64,000 nt of DNA, from the NCBI GenBank assembly GCA_964016885.1, contig OZ024750.1, positions 50,778,001 to 50,842,000 on the forward strand, read 5' to 3'. Positions 40,770-57,534 of the stretch are shown here, in pieces (position 1 is the first letter of the stretch; each line of letters opens with the position of its first letter). The DNA is from Eledone cirrhosa (lineage: Eukaryota). Position numbers and translations under genes: made by a program. A model generated the notes under the pieces. That model did not search any database. It saw only the letters and a program-made list of their open reading frames with translations, and was not told the DNA's origin.

Positions 40770-42314
40770 CACACATACACAAAGACACACACACATGTGT
40801 TTAACTTCAATTTGATGACGAAAACAAATCAAACATCTGCCAAAATATTTATTTTTCAAAACATTCTTCTGTGTGAATAAAATCAATTATTTCATATTCA
40901 GCTTATTAGAAATTACGTAGAAGAAACTATTTGTATAATTTGTGGTACTTGATACACTGAGGTAACTAGAGACTTCCTACAACAGTTAAAACTTACTGGT
41001 TGGTATAATTTAGTTTAATATGATGAAGAGAAAACCCTAATTTTTTATAGCAGACCACTTTTCATAATTATTGTCTTAATTTCTTAATTATAATTGTTAA
41101 CATCTATTTAGATCTTCCTTTCTATTGGGCAAGCTTTAACCGTAATTGTTTCTTCTATTGTCGTTTGATGTTTTACCCCAGGTAAACCCTCACTGATCAT
41201 TAATTTGATCTGGGAAACTAAATTTTTTCCATGAGTCATTCTATTGCTGATACTATCTGCTGGTAGCAGGAACGAGTGTGGATTAAAACATATAACGTTT
41301 TCTACTTAAACTTTCAAGAGGGATTTCTCATTATACAAAATAAATAATTTTCATAAAACTTGTCTCTCCGACGAAAAGTTATGTCAAAAACATTAACCGT
41401 TACCTTTGTTCTGATTGCTGTCGCTTAGATCCAAGAGCTAATCCAATAACCGTATGATCGTATTTATTTCAGACATAGTGTAACTAGGTTGACTAGAGGT
41501 ATCTCAATTAGATAGATACACCGTGTCTAAGCGTATCGTTGAAGCGACTGAAGGGGTTGGCAACAGGAAGGAAATTTGTCTGCAATTCATTCTGTAAGAC
41601 AAATACCCATTTCAGGAGATTACACAGATCACCTTTAGTGGGGAAATAAAATTTGTTTTATAGTGTATTTATCTAATGCCATTTACTTTCTTAATAAAGC
41701 AGGGTGTTTATGTGAGATTTGGCTGCTGTTTCTTGGTGGTTGGGTGACCACAATGAAGCTCTCTCAATGACGATTGAAATTAATACAACACTCACTCGCT
41801 TTTGATGTCAGATCATTTTGCTACAGAACCCATTTTCTCTTAGCATTGATCTGTTGTTTTTAAAATGATTTAGTATCGTATGCGTGGGATTTAATGTGAG
41901 TGTAACTCTCTTTCATTCAGATTTTATTATTTGTTTCATGTTCTGAACTTGTGGTCTTCATTGTAAACTGAACGAATCATTTCCTTATGGCAAAATGACA
42001 TACGTTTTTTTAATTTTTTGTGGCTGCTTTTGTTGTTGTCTTTGTCGCTTTCATTAATGTTGTTGTTACTTCTGTTGCTTTTATTTTGTTGTTGTCGTTG
42101 TTGATCTTTCGCCTGCTCTCGTTTATACACAACAACAGATGGTAAAACGATTTAGCTGAGGTGTTAAAGCTTCGTTTCTAACTGACTCGATATGACATAT
42201 TTTAATTGGTGGTAATAACATTTCCCTTAATACTAACTTTAAAATAAAAGGATAATTGTGAACAATAAAGTGTCAGAGGAACATAAAAAATCGGCTTCCT
42301 TGTGTGGTTTAAAA

Positions 42315-42705
42315 CAGTGGTCACCAGCCGCTGGTCCGCAGACGACTGGTGGTCCAAGAGAAAATGTTGGTTGTCCACGGAAAAATGTGGATATTATTTA
42401 CAATTTTTATATCATATTAAAGATAAAACAAAAATAATATTTGGTTAAAATATAGTTTATAACCCATTAAAAAATGTTTTTCCTCAGTAAAGAACTAACA
42501 TCCATGAAAGAATTTTACACATATGTATCATCTATCGATAATATGAGACACGTACGCTTTACTATTGTTTAATAAAATGGAAGTTCTCTGATCATTATTT
42601 TACAAATGTATTTATCGTTTTGAAAAAAAATCATAATAGTGGTGTGCAGGATTTAAAATTATTGGATTTAGTGGTCCGTGATGTCCGAAAGATAGGGGAC
42701 CGCTG
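42315..42705. mobile_element. hAT (Charlie-like) MITE
   Basis: Ends CAGTGGTCACCA and TAGGGGACCGCTG, subterminal GGTCCG repeats, imperfect 8-bp TSD GTTTAAAA/GTTTATGA. Confidence 0.7.
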
Positions 42706-42748
42706 GTTTATGACATTTCTTCGCAACTACGCGAAACATATGAATATA

Positions 42749-44353
42749 CAGTGCCCCGCAAAAGTTTACAACACATTAGGAAAAATACGGTTTTAGGTAT
42801 TTTTAATAAAGTTAGGGTAATGAAAATTTAACTACTGATAGAACATATAATGAGGCATTTAATGATAGAATTATATTTTTTTTTAAATAACAAGGAAATA
42901 ACTCATGAAGAAAAAACAATATTTTTATAACGCAAAAGCTTACAACACATTTATAAAATCATCTCTTAATATTTTGTAGCGTAACCTTTGTTGCTAATTA
43001 CAGCCTGTAGGCATTTGGAGTAGCCTCCTACAAACTTCTTGGCTAATATTTTTCCATTCTTCACAACAAATTTTCTTTAGTTCAGGGATATTTTGGGGGT
43101 TTTATTTTTGAATTCTGAGTTTCAGTTCTCTCCACAAATTTTTGATCGGGTTAAGATCTGGAGACTGACTTGGCCATTTTAGAACATTTGTTCCATTCGT
43201 AGTTAACCAAGATTGTGTTAGCTTTGCAGTATGCTTTGGACCGTTATCTTGTTGAAAAAACCAAACTGGCTTTAAGCTGAGAGAATGTGCACTTTGATGT
43301 AAATTCCTATGCAAAATACCTCTATAATAAGCGCCATCCATTCTTCCTTCTATTATTTCAATATTTCCTACACCTGTGGCACTAAAGCAAGCCCAAACCA
43401 TGACTGATCCACCTCCAAATTTTACAGTTGGAATAGTATTCTTCAGCGAATATTCAGTACCTTTCTTTCTCCAGACTTTTGCCACAGCATTTCGACCAAA
43501 AAGTTCAATTTTTGTTTCGTCCGACCAAAGTACATCTTCCCAAAATGACGCAGGTTTGATGCGATGCTCATTTGCAAAGTTTAATCAACGAAGAACGTGT
43601 TTCCTCGTAAGAAGTGGTGTTTTCCTTGGAGACCTCGAGAAGATATCATATCGATGTAGTGAACGACTAATTGTATCTGTGCTCACTTTTACTCCACCTC
43701 CTTCTAGGTCATCCTAAAGATTTTAATGAGTACACCGGGGTTCGTTGCCAAACTTTCTCGTCAATAACCGAGCTGCACGTTCCGTTATCTTTCTAGGACG
43801 ACCATAACTAATTAGAGGACAGATGGAATGATGAGATTTCCAGTGACGAATTATAGTACCAACTGAACTCAATGGCACATTTAACTGACAAGATATCTTT
43901 CTATAACCAACACTATTTGTATGAAGGTCTACAATGCGTTTACGGAGGTCTTGATCAATCAGTTTATTTTTCCCCATATTGTCAATGTTTACAGGACGGT
44001 TGTCAATGTTTACAGGATGGTTGTCAGACAAATAATGACGTAATGTTTTTAATTGTCCTTAGAAGTTACCTTAAACCTAATCTAGAACATTCTACTGAAT
44101 TTTAAATCTGAAAATTTAAGAATTTTCTTGAAAAAAAGCGATAAATATAATATGTGTTGTAAACTTTTGCGTTATAAAAATATTGATTTTTCTTCATGAA
44201 TTATTTCCTTGTTATTTTTTTTGAAATATGATTGTATCATTAAATGCCTCACTATATGTACTATCAGTAGTTACATTTTCATTACCCTAACTTTATTAAA
44301 AATACCTAAAACCGCATTGTTCCTAATGTGTTGTAAACTTTTGCGGGGCACTG
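42749..44353 (-). mobile_element. Full-length Tc1-like transposon with ~205-bp IR/DR TIRs and TA TSD
   Basis: TA|CAGTGCCCCGCAAAAGTTTACAACAC...GTGTTGTAAACTTTTGCGGGGCACTG|TA. Inner direct repeats at ~42931 and ~44151. Confidence 0.93.
42966..43977 (-). pseudogene. Tc1 DD34E transposase, inactivated
   Basis: MGKNK..HTH..GRPRK, TVKFGGGSVMVWACF, QQDNGPKH, WPSQSPDLNPIKNLW (catalytic E replaced by K), internal stops. Confidence 0.92.
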
Positions 44354-44399
44354 TATATTTCTGGCCATCGACAAGAAGGAGACTCGTAAGTTGTTCCAG

Positions 44400-46015
<1,616 letters not shown>

Positions 46016-46147
46016 TAATAATAAATACCGCAGGAGTAAAGGTATATTTTATTTCTAATGTTGTTCCAAAAATAACATACTTGCTCATATGTCTCATACT
46101 ACATATACTCGTGTGTGTGTGTATGCATATATATGTGTGTCAGTGTG

Positions 46148-46186
<39 letters not shown>

Positions 46187-46188
<2 letters not shown>

Positions 46189-46440
46189 GATATTAAACAA
46201 ATGGAAACTATATTTATAAAACCATATTTATTTCATTATATATATTTCAGGGATATCATATTATATGATATCCCTGAAATATATATAATGAAATATATAT
46301 AATGAAATAAATATGGTTTTATAAATGTAGTTTCCATTTGTTTAATATCGTAAACCTACTCCAAAACTGTTGAGTGCTTTTATATCAGTTATAAAATGTT
46401 TACTCGTTGTAACCCAACAATTTTAAATAAAACTTTTGCA
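46187..46440 (+). mobile_element. pLTR fold-back centred in HHR stem II (family of 32575 pLTR)
   Basis: Centre GGGATATCATA tta TATGATATCCC-t-GAAA-TATATA-TA. The tail matches the reverse complement of 32575-32660. Confidence 0.8.
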
Positions 46441-46775
46441 TATATATATATATATATCTATATATATATCTGTGTGTGTGTATATATATATGTGTGTATG
46501 TCTTAATCTTTTAGTTGTTTTTAAAACGGACTGATATTTTCTTGCAACAGTTAGCAGAGTTAAGAGAGGTTAGCATTATTTCCGTTTAATTTTTCCTTCA
46601 ATTTCCGCGATCGTCTGTGTTCACGGTCCTTCACTTTAATTCATGTGCATATCTCACTATTTGTTAGAATTTACTTTTTAGTAATATTTTCTGGAATTTT
46701 TTACTCGAATATTTTTTCTCATACTTGACGTCATCGTCGCTTTTCTCTCTAAATTAAAATTACTGAATGAGTTTT

Positions 46776-46859
<84 letters not shown>

Positions 46860-47374
46860 ATATATATGTATATGTATTTATATATATATACATATATTTA
46901 TATACATATCTATATATATATATATCTGTCTGTGTGTGTGTGTAATTATTTAAAAAAATTATTATCAAAAGTATCACAATCTACAAGAGTTAGAATAACA
47001 TTTATTGCATGACGCTGACACATGTTTCATCGATGTGTTACATATCAATCTAGGATCGCTAATATTTGATTATTTCATTTGTATTTTATTTGGATATTTT
47101 ATTTGTATATATACAAATAAAATGTAGAGTTATTAACTCATATTGATACCCTGCAATTAACAAGCTCAAAGTATAAATATATGTGTTTTGTTTCATTTAA
47201 TCTAATCTCTCGTGCCTAAGAATTATCTGTTACAAACGCAATTTTCTGGGCGAAACAGATTAAATCTTTAGTCTGTCCGAGAGAAGAAATCGTTATTGAT
47301 ACGGTATGTATAGGAAATCTTGTATCTTACTGAATGCTTTAGATCTAATTCCCACTTTAATCCACCTTACAATT

Positions 47375-50238
47375 CGGTGGTATCAACCAATATACCAAAG
47401 GCATTATTCTCGATCTTGGATACCCCACCCCCACCCCGGTAGTAAATACCATAGTATCATTAATAAAAACACAATTAATCTATCATTCTCCACTACTCCA
47501 AATCTAGCTCGTCACCTAGCCATAACGAACAACAACAAAAATTAGAAAGAGTTTCGATACCATTGCAGCTGCGGCACACCGGCAACCACTAGATGGACCT
47601 GATGCGGCGTCACCCAGCAATAGTATCCACACATCTGATGTACGGTTGCCAAATGTGGAACGCACGGAAAACCAAACATCTCCTGTGCCGCAGACTCACA
47701 TACACAGAAAATGTAACTGCAGACGAAAGGCGGACTGCCCCCTAAAGGGACAATGCCTTATAAACAATATTGTCTACGCATGTGATGTTACAACTCGGAC
47801 CTCCTCCAAAACATATAGGGTCTACCCTTTAAGGCCATCGCTATAAATTTAGGCTACTCCCATCGCTATACATTTAGGCATCATAGACTTAAGAATACTA
47901 CATCCCTAGCTAGTTACCTATCCCTCCTGAAGAACACTGATATTCAATACACGCTTGATTGGAGAATCATCACTAAATCATCGCAGTACAGACCCCCTAA
48001 CAAGACCTGTGACCTTTGTCTCTCTGAATCACACGCCATAATACACTCCAAACTGAACCTGCTAAATAGGAAGTCGGAGATATTCTCTTCTTGCCCGCAC
48101 ATAAATCTTAGCTCCTTCTATTATTTTAGACCAATTAGCTAACGCTGTAGGACCTGCATACATCCGTCCTGTCGGCCACGTAAAACCACGCCGCATTGCA
48201 TCCTGGTTCCTTTGTGACGATAACTGCCCCTCAGGTGTATATATACTACTGTAATACCTCTTCTCCCTCTTCTCTTACTTTTCTCCTACTCTTCCCTAGT
48301 TCATCTTATTGGACAACAAGCCAAGAACCCTGGGGTGGAAACCACGTAACGCTTCTCACTATACCTAGCACAGCATGACCCTATATATGCGCATACACAC
48401 ACTAACCATGTTAGTATGGTTTATAAACACACCCATTGTGCGCTAACTGATAGCACAGCACTATAGTCTGTCGAAAGCCCAAAAAACTCCGCCGCAGCTA
48501 TAAAGCGGGTGAATTGGGCACCCGTGGTCTAGTTAACCTTAACCCTAAAGTTTGTAATAGATCTAACCTAGTATAGTGAACTATGGTAGCAAGTCGAGTG
48601 GGCTGGGCGCCGCCGAATCAACCTAGCCCCAGGGGAAAGGGGAGGTTGATCACTGAGGGCTTCGAATCAAACAAAAGACTCGCCCCTAGCACGCCGTTGG
48701 ATATCAAATTAATCCGCCCTTTATGACGCGTATTGCCTCCCATACCTTTCATACGTACACTACGACTTCCTGTGTTTATATTCAGAATACCGTTGTGTAT
48801 CAATAGCGAGAGACGAATCTTTGAAACTTGGAGTTAGTTGAATGTGAATTCTGTTCCAGCTTTGATGAATTATAGAACCACACTCAAGGCAGAGTGCAGC
48901 ACTGGATATTGAATCCCGCCGACCCAGGAGGGGTCACACCCGACTGTGAATGGATTGCACACTTCGGGATTAATAATCTAAACGAAAACCACGTGGCGGA
49001 AATATAAATAACATGGCTGTCATAGACGGGTTTCCTTGTGAGTTGTCCCTTCTATATATATATATCTATATATTCTACAGAAATGTGCACTCACTATAAT
49101 AAACCCGCCTATTATTATAACAATATGTGCTCATTCTGCCATATGTGATTCTGGAAGCTGAGTTTCCTGTATACACTTTTTCTCTGTGTGTGATGGGATT
49201 GCCATCACGATTTGTATTTACTGTGGTACAGTTCTATGCGGTGCGATACATTGGTTGAACGCCAACTTGGACATAGAGTGAATTTCACCTGGCACGTTGG
49301 ATTGAGTGACGGAATGTTTTCCATTTCCTCACATCTGTGCCGGCTGTATATGTGCCATACATTTCTTTATCTTGTCGTACCTTCTTTTATTTTTTATTGT
49401 AGATTTTATGTGTATATCACAGACCGCCTATGGTGATAAATCCCCTGGGTATAGGTTTTGGAAAAATAGTGTTATCTCACTTAGCGTTCGGAACTGGAAC
49501 ATATCGATGTGGTCCGTAGGGTGCGGATATGATAAGGAGAATCGACCTGTTACAAGGCGATATAATTGGAGTACACCATCCCTCATATGGACTATCATAC
49601 ATGTAAGGCTGCATTACTGCTAACCAACTAATTCTTTTCACAGACTCATGCTTGCAAACTCTCTTGATCTGCCTGTACACCCTCTTTTTGCACTGCTTGT
49701 GCTTTGATGCATCTATGCTTTGCTTTGTCTTATATATTTTTTTGTTGGGGGGTTACCGGGCTTTTTGTTCATTTATTGTTTTGAATTTTTGTATTTATCT
49801 CTTTTCTTATCCCTGTATTTTTGTACTTTTTTATTAGTTTTTGTTATTTTCTTATATTTTCTGATTGTTTCTGATCATGCTGAGTAATACCCTCACTCAT
49901 CCCTTGCTACCCTCTCCCAACCTCTTTATCATCTATTGCACCATCTAAGTGATACATTTTTGGTGTAATTTTTTATTTTTATTTTTTATTTTTAAATTTT
50001 TAAGACATTTTATGACATTATGTGCATCATGTATTCTGTCTTTTTCCATATAGCGCTAACCTCGGGGCCCCCCTGCTGGTCATTTAACCTTGTTCTGGTG
50101 ACGCAGCTCGATGGAGCATGCAACTACTGATATACTCATGTTTATAGGCTCTGAAGATTCCTGCCATGGTGTATGGATGAAACAATGTTAGCTAATAAAA
50201 CAATGTATTTCTAAGCAATCATGGTTATTCCTATAACT
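47375..50238 (+). mobile_element. Degenerate Hydra-like PLE 3' portion (linker + GIY-YIG ~47375-48140) with ~2-kb 3' region
   Basis: KYHSIINKNTINLSFSTTPNL, CNCRRKADCPL..IVYAC, CDLCLSE. HHR near the 3' end, then (TA)n. Confidence 0.78.
50146..50194 (+). ncRNA. Minimal type-I hammerhead
   Basis: GGCT-CTGAAGA-TTCC..GGAT-GAAA-CAATG-TT-AGCT. Confidence 0.7.
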
Positions 50239-50279
50239 ATATATTCATATATATATATATTTCTATATATGTATATATG

Positions 50280-50332
<53 letters not shown>

Positions 50333-50358
50333 TATATAAATATATGATATATATGTAC

Positions 50359-50416
<58 letters not shown>

Positions 50417-50486
50417 TGCCCCCTCGTTATCGAGTATGGCCATTGCACAATAAAAAAAAAAATAAATAAATAAAATAAAAAAAAAA

Positions 50487-50534
<48 letters not shown>

Positions 50535-50717
50535 AATAATAAAAAAAAAAAAAAATAAAAAAAAAAAGATATATATATATATATATACACACATATATAC
50601 ATATATATATATATACACATATATATACACACACACATACATACACATACATACATATATACACACACACATACATACACATACACTCACACATATATAC
50701 ACACATACATTAATAAC

Positions 50718-50754
<37 letters not shown>

Positions 50755-50833
50755 GCAATAATAATAATAACGACAACAACAATAATAATATACATATTCA
50801 TATATATATACACACACACGCACGCACATAAGC

Positions 50834-50873
<40 letters not shown>

Positions 50874-50881
50874 GATAGCAA

Positions 50882-52113
50882 CTAACAGTGCTGCGATCGA
50901 ATGTGGCTTTTTAGCCCAGCCAATGATCCAAAATGTCTTGCACAGAGTCGGCAACCAAAACATTTACTGGGAATAGTCGGCTGTGGTTGGAGTTCGTGTA
51001 CTTTTGCATGTCGCTTGAGTCCTCCTGCTGATTTACATTCTCTACCACATGTTTGGCAAGCATGATGAGTAGCATCTCCAACAGCAGCCTGGTAGTCAAC
51101 CACTGGTCTTACTTTATGACTGCGAAGATGACTTTCGAGTCCAGCTTTGCTTAGGCAGAGTCTCGCACAGACGCTGCATGTCAGAAACATAGGAGGACCC
51201 TCGCCGTCTGGAAGTGCAACAGCAATACCCTTCCTCACGTCCCGCTTTACTTTCTCGTGTGCGATTCGAGATGCCTCAAAGGCAACTTTTCCCTCATATA
51301 CAGTCTTTCTCCATTTATTACGATCAGCAGCAACATTTTCCCATGTATCAGCAGAGATGTTAGCGTCTCTCAGAGAGGCCTTCAAGGAATCCTTATACCT
51401 CTTTTTTGGTTTATGTGGCGGTCGTTTTCCTTTAACCAACTCTCCATAGAAGAGTTGTTTTGGTATTCTAGAATCCTTCATCCTGGCAAGGTGACCACTC
51501 CAACGGAGTCGCTGCTTAAGCACAAGAGCTTCTATACTGTCACACATAGAGCTTTCCAAAATCTCGACATCACTGATGTGGTCCCTCCAGTGAACGCCAT
51601 GTATCCGTCTGAGACACATCTGATGGAAACGCTCCAATTGCTTAAGGTGGCGTCGATATGTGACCCAGGTCTCGCAGGCATAAAGAAGACAAGAGAGTAC
51701 ACATGCCCTGTACACCTTTACCTTTGTCCTCCTGCATATGTCTCGCCGACCCCAGAGTCGCCTTTCTAGCTTTCCGAAAGCATCACTTGCTTTCCTAATC
51801 CTAAGTGAGATTTCACTGTCAAGGTTGCCGTATCGATTGACAGTGCTTCCCAGGTAGACAAACTGATCAACCACTCCAAGTCGTTTGCCATACACATAGA
51901 TGTTTGGTTCAGTGTACTGCCTACCAGGTGCAGGTTGGTACATGACGACGGTTTTCTTGAGACTGACAGTCAAACCCAGGGCAGTGCAAGCGTCAGAAAA
52001 TACATTCAAAATGTGCTGCATATCACTCTCTGTGTGCGCTACAAGATCGCAATCATCTGCATACAAGAGGTCTCTTATGACTGATGTAAATACTTTTGTC
52101 TTCGCAGCAAAGC
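50882..52113 (-). pseudogene. RTE-clade LINE RT C-terminal part with three C2H2 zinc fingers (open frame, 5'-truncated)
   Basis: LLYADD, FVYLGS, LLYACETW, RLRWSGHLARM..RIPKQLFYGEL, then three CxxC-x12-H-x3/4-H motifs. Confidence 0.92.
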
Positions 52114-52465
52114 TTGGATCTGTATCAGGTTTTTGTCGATCTGACAAAGGCTTTCGATACTGTCAACAGAGATGCATTATGGAAGGTTCTCCAGAAACTT
52201 GGTTGCCCTGATAAGTTCCTTGCTTTAGTTAGGTCTTTCCATGACGACATGAAGGCTTGGGTTAATGTCGGAGGTAACATGTCGGAGCCTATCTCAGTAA
52301 AAAATGGAGTGAAACAGGGGGATATTCCAGCACCGACCCTGTTTGCCATATACTTTGCAATGGTTTTCTGTATTGCATTCAGGAATTGCGAGCATGGTGT
52401 TTACATCCGATATCGAACCTCAGGCAGCATATTTAACATCAGGCGCTTTGCTGCGAAGACAAAAG

Positions 52466-52470
<5 letters not shown>
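52114..52470 (+). pseudogene. Inverted 5' segment of the same RTE RT
   Basis: FVDLTKAFDTVNR...GVKQGDIPAPTLF...RRFAAKTKVF, which continues on the opposite strand. Confidence 0.92.
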
Positions 52471-52503
<33 letters not shown>

Positions 52504-52536
52504 ATATGATATGTATATATATATATATATATATAT

Positions 52537-52780
52537 AGTTTTAATATAGATGAGATTATACATGACTAGAACTGTTTCATTCTTTAGAAATCATCAGGAA
52601 TCTCTATATGGAAAAAGACAGAATACATGATGCACATAATGTCTATGGGATTCCTGATGATTTCTAAAGAATGAAACAGTTCTAGTCCTGTAGAATCTCA
52701 TCTATATTAAAACTTTTATACTCTATAATGTATTGAGTACCTTACTTACTGTGGTTACCTCCGATTCATCCCGGAATAAC

Positions 52781-52782
<2 letters not shown>
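52537..52782 (+). mobile_element. Family E pLTR hairpin cassette in (TA)n
   Basis: 52537-52604 is inverted relative to 52647-52714. Confidence 0.85.
52647..52699 (+). ncRNA. Canonical type-I hammerhead
   Basis: GGGATTC-CTGATGA-tTTCT a AAGAAt-GAAA-CAG ttctagtc CTG-TA-GAATCTC. All three stems form in a monomer. Confidence 0.88.
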
Positions 52783-52836
<54 letters not shown>

Positions 52837-53147
52837 TACTATTTGTGTGTCTCTATGTCTGTGTGTGTGTGTTTGTATATTTGCATAAGTACTTGTCTGT
52901 GCAATATATGCAATCTACTTACAGTATGATGCGCTTTAGTTAAATTACGATTAATTGAACTATTAATTGGATGTCGAATGAACAAATAAATAAATTAAAT
53001 ATAACTAAAAATACGAGAAACCTCGTTCTACTTGATATTTTGTTGGTTTTATTTAAATGATATCTACCGAGCGTTATAATTGTACAGCTTCTCTTAGTGA
53101 TAAGTGATGTGTTAAGTAAATATTCACAGTTGGCGGTTGGGAAAGTG

Positions 53148-53197
<50 letters not shown>

Positions 53198-53202
<5 letters not shown>

Positions 53203-53574
53203 TTGAAAATATTAACAAAATAGATATTCTTGTGAGCAATTAGATTTTATTATAGATATTTCAGAGGTACTGAGTTTAGTTTAAATGTACGTCCTCATCA
53301 GATAAAATAGGATGATGCATGACATACCCTGACATAGTAGATGGTTAAGATTCAGTCAAGGTAGTACCTTTGACTGAATCTTACCCATCTACTATGTCAG
53401 TGTGTGTCATGCATCATCTTATTTTATCTGATGAGGACGTACTGTTAAACTAAACTCAGTACCTCTGAAATATCTATAATAAAATATAATTGATCACAAG
53501 AATATCTATTTTGTTAATATTTTCTATTAATATTAATAACCCTGGAAAACCTTTTTTGAACCTTGTTTAACTTT

Positions 53575-53578
<4 letters not shown>
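53198..53578 (+). mobile_element. Family F pLTR hairpin cassette (centre ~53364); HHR at 53420-53486
   Basis: ~165-bp inverted arms. Motif TATTTTAT-CTGATGA-GGACGTACTG..CAGTACCTCT-GAAA-TATCTA-TA-ATAAAATA. Confidence 0.88.
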
Positions 53579-53619
<41 letters not shown>

Positions 53620-53674
53620 CGGAACAATTAGCCGTCGAAACGGCTTGAGCTCAGCCGTCGGGGTCCTACTCGTT

Positions 53675-53739
<65 letters not shown>

Positions 53740-53956
53740 TTATTAAAGTAACAGATTAAAGTTTAAGCAAAGAAACGGTGTTTTCACCCTTAACGGGATC
53801 TTCTGAGACTAAAAAAGTCAATCTATGAACGCAGAAGTAAATATTAATTTAATCTGTTATTTTAATAAATATTTGCTCTACGGTTCTTATATATTTGGTA
53901 TATATTTATCCTTATCGAGCCCTCTGTGGATTCTAGTCTTCAAATTTATTATTATT

Positions 53957-53993
<37 letters not shown>

Positions 53994-54147
53994 GGGTGTG
54001 TGTGTAAAAAAGGTAAACAGGCATAACAAGACAAACGGTACAGTATATGGAGTGAATATATCAATTTAACGTTTGAAATAGTAGGAATAGGGCCTCACCG
54101 TTCCGGACGTCAGTTCTTCATCAGAAGATTCTTATATGTGTATATAT

Positions 54148-54185
<38 letters not shown>

Positions 54186-54286
54186 TAAGTTATTAACCAA
54201 TATTCGATGATTATGTCAAAGAATGAGTTTTGCAGTAGATTAAATATTAACCATATAACATCTCAGGGTATGTCATGTATCATTAT

Positions 54287-54339
54287 ATTTTGTCTGATGA
54301 GGACGTACTGTTGTACATCCGAAATATGTATAATAAAAT
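54287..54339 (+). ncRNA. Type-I hammerhead in a solo family F-like pLTR
   Basis: ATTTTGT-CTGATGA-GGACGTAC tgtt GTACATCC-GAAA-TATGTA-TA-ATAAAAT. Confidence 0.85.
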
Positions 54340-54447
54340 GTAATTGATCAAAGGAACATCTATTTTATTAATACTTATATTTTAATATATATATATATAT
54401 ATATTGTTATATTTGAGGAGGGACATATTGTTATAATATTGCAAGAA

Positions 54448-54623
54448 ATAATTGTTTCTACTTTAGGCAAAAGGCCAGCAATTACCCAGTGCATTACTGA
54501 TACTTTATTTTATCGACCCCGTAAGGATGAAAGGCAAAGTTAACCTCGGCGGGATTTGAACTCAGATCGTAAAGGGACGTAACTATGCTGGAAAGCATGG
54601 CGTGCGACCCTCTACCGATACTG
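54448..54623 (-). mobile_element. tRNA-SINE (3214 family)
   Basis: Reverse complement of 17800-17975. Confidence 0.85.
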
Positions 54624-55236
54624 ATTGCAAGAAATAATTTTAAAACACACTCACTGTTAGGTTTGGAATGATTTTCGCTCCTGTATTTTTTATATCTCCA
54701 TAGTGAATATCTCTGGAAATCAATGTTTATCATAGATTGACCAACGGTTCAATCACGTGCTTTCCACCACATATTTACACCCTCAGCCTCCTGATTCCTC
54801 TCCCCCCACCCCTCTATCCACACACACCCAGACACTCCGACCTACAAACCCCTCCCCCACCTCTTCCTGAACATGCAACCCCGTTCTTCCCCGAACCCTT
54901 ACTTTCACATACACACACACACACACACACGTACACCTACACACACACATCACCTTCAGCCCTCCCCGCTCGGACACCCCGTCTCCCTCTCCCCACTCCA
55001 CCCGCCACCACCCCTACACACCCCACACCCTTCCACCACCTGTTTTACCCCCCTTTTTATTTCAGTTTATTTTGATCATGCTTTTATATTTAATTTTATT
55101 TCATTCCTTGTATTTTGATCATGCTTTATTTTTATTTTCATTTTTATTTTTAATTTCATTCGCACCGTTTCCTTTCGCTATATGTCTCTCCACCACTCCC
55201 CTACACACCCTTTGAACTCTGTTCCCACACACTTCT

Positions 55237-55272
55237 CACCTGAGGAAGGGCTTATGCCCGAAACGTCGTTCC
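55237..55272 (+). ncRNA. Minimal hammerhead core in a C-rich pLTR (~54735-55360)
   Basis: CTGAGGA-aGGGC ttat GCCC-GAAA-CGTCG-TT. Stem I pairing is poor. Confidence 0.6.
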
Positions 55273-55363
55273 CCACCACCACCCCACTCTCCAGAGCGTG
55301 AAATTAATAAACATTCGTTGTACTGCCTCTCTGTTTTGTTCCTGTTCAAATTTTTCCATTATA

Positions 55364-55439
<76 letters not shown>

Positions 55440-55649
55440 CATATATATGTGTATATATGTATGTATATATATGTATATACTTATATGCATACATATATAC
55501 CACGCTAAAAATCTAATTTAGTCGAGAAATAGCCGTCGAAACGGCTTGAGCTCTGCCGTCGGGGTCCTGAAGATTTTCCTATTACCCACTCTACTACCCA
55601 AAGTATCGAGTACTCTCGTGCGTTATGGTCCACCTGGTTCCTTACCACA

Positions 55650-57534
<1,885 letters not shown>

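Noticed and set aside
52096-52147. Overlapping bidirectional ORF starts
   Set aside because: This is an artefact of the twin-priming junction.
53770-54128. Further HHR-like motifs on the minus strand (53770-53810, 54090-54128; also 39958-39995)
   Set aside because: Core substitutions (CAGAAGA, GGAA) or an unpaired stem II. They are probably decayed and were not counted.
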